DNA of 59,926 bases from an uncultured Oscillospiraceae bacterium (GTDB taxonomy: Bacteria; Bacillota; Clostridia; Oscillospirales; Ruminococcaceae), in NCBI GenBank assembly GCA_964370155.1, contig CAYJIC010000001.1, forward strand, positions 1 through 59,926, written 5' to 3'. Made by a program: the position numbers and the translations under genes. The notes beneath the pieces are model-generated. The model ran no database searches and was not told the DNA's origin. It saw only the letters and a program-made list of their open reading frames with translations. Shown here in pieces: positions 55,038 through 59,926 of the stretch. Within the stretch, counting starts at the first letter, position 1; every line of letters begins with the position of its first letter.

Positions 55038-56082
55038 CTTTGGTGATAAAATCCACATACAAATATTTGGACAAAGCCATTCAGAGATGCTGGGTGTGGT
55101 TTTAGATGGACTACCTGCCGGATTTGAGCCGGATATGGACGCCGTACACGCTTTTTTGATGCGTAGGCAAGGCGGAAAAAGCTTTTCCACACCGCGTAAA
55201 GAAGAGGATTTGCCGCATATTGTCAGCGGTTTAGTAGATGGCAAGACTTGTGGTGCGCCGCTGTGTGCACTTTTTGCAAACAAGAATATTAAAAGTAAAG
55301 ACTATGCTCAAATGGCCGATATCCCAAGACCGTCGCATGCCGATTATGTGGCACATGTTAAATATAACGGTGCAAATGATGTGCGTGGAGGTGGTCATTT
55401 TTCAGGAAGAATGACCCTGGCACTTTGTTTTGCAGGTGCGTTGTGTATGCAAATTTTGAATAAAAAAGGAATTCACATAGGTGCACACATTGCATCGATA
55501 GGCTCAGTAAAGGATGAACTGTTTTCTCCTACAGATGTAGATTTTTCATCAATAGATCCTGAATTTCCAACACTGAACAGTGCACAAAAACAAAAAATGA
55601 TAGATGAGATTGCAATGTACTCAAAAGACCATGATTCTATAGGTGGAAGTATAGAATGTGCTGTGACAGGTTTGCCTGTGGGCATAGGCGAGCCGATGTT
55701 TGATGGAATTGAGAATCAAATATCAAAAGCGGTGTTTGCCGTGCCTGCAATAAGAGGGATAGAATTTGGCTCAGGGTTTGCTGCGGCTGAGATGCCCGGT
55801 AGTGTCCACAACGACGCATATTATTACGAAAATGATATAGTGAAGGTGAAAAACAATCATGCAGGCGGAGTTTTGGGCGGAATATCCACCGGCATGCCAC
55901 TGATATTCAAAGTGGCTGTAAAGCCCACGCCGTCTATTTTTAAAGAGCAAGAATCGATAAGCTTATCGCAAAAAAGCAGTGCGCCGCTTACCATAAAAGG
56001 CAGGCATGACCCATGTATTGTGCCAAGAGCTGTGCCGTGTATAGAAGCGGCGGCAGCGTTGGCAGTGATCAATCTGTTATAA
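55027..56082 (+). CDS. aroC: chorismate synthase
   Basis: FGQSHS, RPSHAD, GRHDPC. 11-nt overlap with aroA. Confidence 0.94.
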   Translation: MSCNFGDKIHIQIFGQSHSEMLGVVLDGLPAGFEPDMDAVHAFLMRRQGGKSFSTPRKEEDLPHIVSGLVDGKTCGAPLCALFANKNIKSKDYAQMADIPRPSHADYVAHVKYNGANDVRGGGHFSGRMTLALCFAGALCMQILNKKGIHIGAHIASIGSVKDELFSPTDVDFSSIDPEFPTLNSAQKQKMIDEIAMYSKDHDSIGGSIECAVTGLPVGIGEPMFDGIENQISKAVFAVPAIRGIEFGSGFAAAEMPGSVHNDAYYYENDIVKVKNNHAGGVLGGISTGMPLIFKVAVKPTPSIFKEQESISLSQKSSAPLTIKGRHDPCIVPRAVPCIEAAAALAVINLL

Positions 56083-56129
56083 AATATTAAATAAAAATAA
56101 TTAATAACTTGATAAAAAAGGAGAAAGCC

Positions 56130-57275
56130 ATGAAAACAGATTTGGTGGGAGCTAGGGAAAAAATTGATAAAATTGATAAAGAGATATCGGACTTGTTTTT
56201 AGAAAGAATGCAGACGGTAAAAGACGTGGCACTGTATAAAAAAGAAAATGGCTTACATGTTTTACATCCTGCTAGAGAGCAAGAAGTGCTGGTGAATGTA
56301 ACAAAAGGCATGGATGATGACATGACAGAGTACGCAAAACTTTTGTATAATACCATGTTTGATGTATCGCGTGCATATCAAGACAAGTGTGTGATGGGCG
56401 AGGATGAGTTGTTAGGTGTGATAAAAAATGCAATTCAAAACCGTCCGAGTAAATTTCCGAAACATGCAACCGTGGCGTGTCAAGGAGTGCAGGGTTCAAA
56501 CTCTATGACTGCGTGTCAAACCATATTTTCTGTGCCTGATATCATGTATATGAATAGCTTTGATGCGGTGTTTAAAGCAGTGGATTCCGGCTTGTGCCAG
56601 TATGGTGTGTTACCGCTTGAAAACAACCTGCATGGCTCAGTTACCGAAGTGTATGATTTAATGAAAAAGCATAATTTTCAAATTGTGCGAAGTGCCAAAG
56701 TGCGAATTCATCACCATCTGTTGGCTAAAAATGGAACAAAGATGGAAGACTTGAAAGAGATTTACTCGCACCCGCAAGCTATAGGCCAGTGCAGCGAGTT
56801 TTTGCAAACCTGTAAAAATGTGAAAGTGATTCCTCATGAAAATACAGCTACATCGGCAGAAATGGTGGCGAACTCAAGCGGTAATACTATGGCCTCTATT
56901 TCAGGCAAAGAATGCGTTCAGTTGTATAACCTTAATGTGTTGAGCGACGATATTCAAAACAGCTACAATAACTTTACACGTTTCATATGCATTTCGAAAA
57001 GTGCTGAAATATACACAGGTGCGAATAAAAACAGCATGATGTTTACCTTGCCGCACAATCCGGGCTCGTTATATTCTATTATTTCTAAAATGTCTGCCGC
57101 GGCAGTTAATATCTCTAAGCTGGAAAGCAGGCCGATACCCGGAATGGATTTTGAGTTCATGTTTTACATAGATTTTGACGGTGATATCACAGACGAAAGC
57201 GTACAAAAACTTCTGGCGCAAATAAAGCATACTGCGGATAAATTCACTTACTTAGGGAGCTATTGCGAAGTATGA
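56130..57275 (+). CDS. pheA: bifunctional chorismate mutase / prephenate dehydratase
   Basis: N-terminal CM (REKIDKIDKEISDLFLERM), a PDT core (LPLENNLHGSV, TRF) and an ACT domain (LESRPI). ATG 56130 follows AAGGAGAAAG. Confidence 0.92.
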   Translation: MKTDLVGAREKIDKIDKEISDLFLERMQTVKDVALYKKENGLHVLHPAREQEVLVNVTKGMDDDMTEYAKLLYNTMFDVSRAYQDKCVMGEDELLGVIKNAIQNRPSKFPKHATVACQGVQGSNSMTACQTIFSVPDIMYMNSFDAVFKAVDSGLCQYGVLPLENNLHGSVTEVYDLMKKHNFQIVRSAKVRIHHHLLAKNGTKMEDLKEIYSHPQAIGQCSEFLQTCKNVKVIPHENTATSAEMVANSSGNTMASISGKECVQLYNLNVLSDDIQNSYNNFTRFICISKSAEIYTGANKNSMMFTLPHNPGSLYSIISKMSAAAVNISKLESRPIPGMDFEFMFYIDFDGDITDESVQKLLAQIKHTADKFTYLGSYCEV

Positions 57276-58480
57276 AATACGGATTGATAGGAAAAACACT
57301 GGCACACAGCTACTCCGTGAAAATTCATAATTATCTAGGTAATAAAGACTATGTTTTGCAGGAAATTGCACCTGAAAATCTTGATGAATTTATGACAAAA
57401 CGTGATTTTTTAGGTATTAATGTCACCATGCCGTACAAAGAAGCGGTGATGAAATATTGTGTTTTGTCAGAGCAAGCGCAGAAAATAGGATGCGTAAATA
57501 CTATAGTGAATAAAGACGGGATATTGCACGGATATAACACAGACTATTTTGGTTTTTTGGAAAATGCAACCCGTAGTGGGATTTCATTTGCAGGACAAAA
57601 AGTGGTGATCTTAGGTGGTGGAGGTACCTCCAAAACAGTGATGGCAGTGGCAATGGATGAAGGCGCAAAAGAAGTGGTGGTGATTTCACGCGGTGGTGAA
57701 AACAACTATCAAAACATAAGCCGTCACTATGACGCAGACATACTGGTAAATACAACGCCACTGGGCATGTATCCTCACAACGAAGGCATACCGCTGGATG
57801 TGACGCCATTTACCCATCTTAAAGCGGCAATGGATGCTGTGTATAACCCGATGAAAAGTAATTTTTTACTGCAGTGTAAAGATATACCCACAGCAGGCGG
57901 CCTGCCAATGCTAGCGGCGCAGGCAGTGTATGCACATGGTTTGTTTTTTGGCATAGATGTCTCGGACTTGATGCAAGAAACAATTGCACATGCGATGGAA
58001 ATTTTTTCAAACTATGTGTTTATTGGGATGCCTGGCACAGGAAAAAGTACGGTGGGGAAACTGTTTTCTGAGAAAATGGGCCTAAAATTTGTGGATACCG
58101 ATGATGAGATTATAAGGCGAACAGGTGAACATCCGAGGGATATCATCAACCAAAAAGGTGAAGATGCATTTAGGCAGATTGAGGCAGAAGTAGTTGCTGA
58201 CTTTGCCAAAGAAAATGGCTATGTGATTGCCACCGGTGGTGGCAGTGTACTTTTAGAAAAAAACCGGAAAGCTATTTTGCAAAATGGTGTGGTTGTTTTA
58301 CTGAATAGACCAATTGAAGATTTAGATGTACAAAATAGGCCACTTTCAGTCAACTTGGAAGAACTGCGAGCTAAAAGAATGCCGATTTACAAGAGTGTAG
58401 CGCATCATGTGGTCGAGGTAAAAGCAACACCGGACATGACGGTGGAATCGGTGCTGAAACGTATAAAAAAGGAGGGCTGA
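57272..58480 (+). CDS. aroE/aroK: fused shikimate dehydrogenase / shikimate kinase
   Basis: The N-terminal about 245 aa are AroE-like (YGLIGKTLAHSYS, NVTMPYK, GGGGTSK). The C-terminal about 155 aa are AroK-like (GMPGTGKSTVGK, DTDD, GGG). ATGA overlap with pheA. Confidence 0.9.
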   Translation: MKYGLIGKTLAHSYSVKIHNYLGNKDYVLQEIAPENLDEFMTKRDFLGINVTMPYKEAVMKYCVLSEQAQKIGCVNTIVNKDGILHGYNTDYFGFLENATRSGISFAGQKVVILGGGGTSKTVMAVAMDEGAKEVVVISRGGENNYQNISRHYDADILVNTTPLGMYPHNEGIPLDVTPFTHLKAAMDAVYNPMKSNFLLQCKDIPTAGGLPMLAAQAVYAHGLFFGIDVSDLMQETIAHAMEIFSNYVFIGMPGTGKSTVGKLFSEKMGLKFVDTDDEIIRRTGEHPRDIINQKGEDAFRQIEAEVVADFAKENGYVIATGGGSVLLEKNRKAILQNGVVVLLNRPIEDLDVQNRPLSVNLEELRAKRMPIYKSVAHHVVEVKATPDMTVESVLKRIKKEG

Positions 58481-58481
58481 A

Positions 58482-58910
58482 ATGAAAATATTGGTGATAA
58501 ACGGACCAAATATAAACTTTTTAGGTATTCGTGAGCCTGAAATTTACGGCAGTGATACATATGAAGATCTACTGCAAAAAATCACTGTTCATTGCGAAAA
58601 AACAGGGATTGATGTCAGCTTTTTTCAGTCGAATCACGAGGGTAAGATAGTGGATACTATTCAAGAAGCATACAAAAAAGTGGATGGTATTGTGATAAAC
58701 CCAGCGGCATACACGCACACCAGTGTTGCCATAGCCGACGCATTGAAAGCAGTGGGTATCCCGACAGTAGAAGTCCACATTTCAGACGTGTCAAAGAGGG
58801 AAGACTTTCGCAAAATATCATATGTAAAGTCAATATGTAAGAAAAGTATAATAGGCATGGGCTTTGACGGATACATTCATGCAATTGATTTTTTGAAAGA
58901 AAGTATTTAA
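58482..58910 (+). CDS. aroQ: type II 3-dehydroquinate dehydratase
   Basis: ILVINGPNINFLGIREPEIYG, HISDV..RE. Confidence 0.94.
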   Translation: MKILVINGPNINFLGIREPEIYGSDTYEDLLQKITVHCEKTGIDVSFFQSNHEGKIVDTIQEAYKKVDGIVINPAAYTHTSVAIADALKAVGIPTVEVHISDVSKREDFRKISYVKSICKKSIIGMGFDGYIHAIDFLKESI

Positions 58911-58937
58911 ACATATTACGATTTAGCGGCTAAATAT

Positions 58938-58970
58938 CTGCGCGCCATTTTGGCGGCAGGTATTTTTTTT
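58938..58970 (+). terminator. intrinsic terminator ending the aro operon
   Basis: CTGCGCGCC (58938-58946) pairs with GGCGGCAG (58952-58959) with one bulge, followed by GTATTTTTTTT. Confidence 0.75.
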
Positions 58971-58980
58971 GCAAAAAATG

Positions 58981-59009
58981 TTGACAAATCATCTTGATGG
59001 TGATATGGT
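58981..59009 (+). promoter_or_regulatory. candidate promoter of the GntR/ABC unit
   Basis: TTGACA (58981-58986), 17 nt, TATGGT (59004-59009). Confidence 0.5.
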
Positions 59010-59059
59010 TAGTTACAGAAGTAATGAACCATTCAACCAAAGACGAAAGGAGGGATGTT

Positions 59060-59437
59060 GTGCAGACGGGGTTTAATGACGGCACACTGATTTATCTGCA
59101 AGTTGCCCAGATGATAGAAGATGATATCTTGCGTGGAATATGGCAAGAGGAAGAGCAAGTGCCAAGCACTAACGAGCTATCAAAAACGTTGCGAATCAAT
59201 CCGGCCACGGCGGCAAAAGGGCTGAATCGTTTGGTGGAGGAAGGCATTTTATATAAAAAGAGGGGAATAGGCATGTTTGTGTCAACAGGTGGAAAGCAAA
59301 TGATAATGACAAAGCGTAAAGAGGCGTTTGGTAAGACATATATTGCACAGATGCTGAAGGAAGCGAAGGCGCTGATGATAACAAAAGAAGAACTGATTAA
59401 TATGATACAAGCGCAAGAATACAGCGAGGAGAAATAA
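59060..59437 (+). CDS. GntR family transcriptional regulator, short YtrA-like subtype
   Basis: 125 aa from GTG 59060, 6 nt after AAAGGAGGG. LIYLQVAQMIEDDILRGIW..VPSTNELSKTLRINPATAAKGLNRLVEEGILYKKRGIGMFV is the GntR wHTH. Confidence 0.85.
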   Translation: MQTGFNDGTLIYLQVAQMIEDDILRGIWQEEEQVPSTNELSKTLRINPATAAKGLNRLVEEGILYKKRGIGMFVSTGGKQMIMTKRKEAFGKTYIAQMLKEAKALMITKEELINMIQAQEYSEEK

Positions 59438-59439
59438 TA

Positions 59440-59926
59440 ATGGGACAAGCAGTGTTGAAGGCAGAGGGAATAGTAAAGCGGTATGGCACAAACGAGGTGT
59501 TGCATGGTGTGGATCTTAAAATAGAGCCGGGGCATATTTATGGTTTGCTGGGTCGTAACGGTGCAGGTAAAACAACGCTATTAAGTATTTTGACAGCCCA
59601 AAATCCGGCAGATGAAGGCACGGTCACATACGATGATATGCCTGTATGGGAGAACCCTAAAGCATTGAAAGGGTTGTGCTTTTCGAGGGAACTTTCCCCC
59701 ACAATGATGTCCAGTAGTAACAATTTAAGGATAAAAGATTATCTGCTGGCGGCAAGTATATACTATGAAAACTGGGATGCAGAATATGCAAAAAAGCTGT
59801 GTGATAGTTTTGGTCTTGAGAAGAAAAAGAAGGTGGGTAAATTATCCAAAGGTATGATGAGCATGGTGACTATCGTGATTGCCATGGCAAGCCGTGCACC
59901 CATCACTATTTTGGACGAGCCTGTGG
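59440..59926 (+). CDS. ABC transporter ATP-binding protein (3' end outside the window)
   Basis: ATG 59440. MGQAVLKAEGIVKRYG..LLGRNGAGKTTLL (Walker A), LSKGM (signature-like), ILDEP (Walker B) at the window edge. Confidence 0.88.
   Translation, partial: MGQAVLKAEGIVKRYGTNEVLHGVDLKIEPGHIYGLLGRNGAGKTTLLSILTAQNPADEGTVTYDDMPVWENPKALKGLCFSRELSPTMMSSSNNLRIKDYLLAASIYYENWDAEYAKKLCDSFGLEKKKKVGKLSKGMMSMVTIVIAMASRAPITILDEPV

Noticed and set aside
58994-59059. N-terminal extension of the GntR ORF (track start TTG 58994, 147 aa).
   Set aside because: The extension overlaps the -35/-10 of the only plausible promoter and has no SD. GTG 59060 has AAAGGAGGG at ideal spacing and gives the usual length of about 125 aa.
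1-59926. CRISPR arrays, IS elements, integrases, prophage or toxin-antitoxin/defence islands.
   Set aside because: I saw no direct-repeat/spacer arrays, no transposase- or recombinase-like translations in the ORF track, and no terminal inverted repeats. Gene content is core housekeeping throughout.

Overview
This is a 59.9-kb chromosomal segment of a Gram-positive, Clostridia-like Firmicute. That placement is inferred from gene order, GGAGG-type Shine-Dalgarno (SD) sequences, a PASTA-bearing class B PBP, Rex and a YtrA-type regulator; the exact taxon cannot be set without a database search. The window holds about 60 tightly packed, mostly housekeeping protein genes. I recognised no rRNA, tRNA, CRISPR array, transposase, integrase or phage block. 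Gene order: asnA; a PH-domain protein; a divergent CysK-like enzyme; ppa; two unknowns; uvrC; ptsH. Next comes the minus-strand translation cluster ylxM-ffh-rpsP-KH / rimM-trmD, then rsmD-coaD and a DUF4349 lipoprotein. A dcw division/cell-wall cluster follows: mraZ-rsmH-ftsL-PBP-murE-M23 peptidase-murF-mraY-ftsW-murG-ftsQ-ftsZ, with no murD and no ftsA. After it come an HD hydrolase, a YdbC-like protein, rex, a lipoprotein, aconitase, uppP, ftsK, a 46-codon membrane ORF missing from the ORF track, ygiQ, a ComEC-type MBL protein with DUF3006, yceD, a small P-loop protein, pgi and a TIM paralogue. Two c-di-GMP genes follow: a frameshifted Cache-GGDEF-EAL gene and an [FeFe]-hydrogenase-like/GGDEF fusion. 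The window ends with an eight-gene aromatic amino-acid supraoperon (aroF-tyrA-aroB-aroA-aroC-pheA-aroE/aroK-aroQ), a YtrA-type GntR regulator and the start of an ABC ATPase. The best candidates for something new are three. (1) A 33-codon Phe/Tyr-rich leader ORF (FYFYFYF run) plus an intrinsic terminator sits directly ahead of the aro operon, a candidate ribosome-mediated attenuator, which is unusual for Firmicutes. (2) A hydrogenase-like Fe-S sensor domain is fused to a diguanylate cyclase. (3) A poly(A)7 frameshift splits the neighbouring sensor phosphodiesterase gene. All product calls rest on motifs I recognised in the supplied translations; no database search or folding calculation was run.
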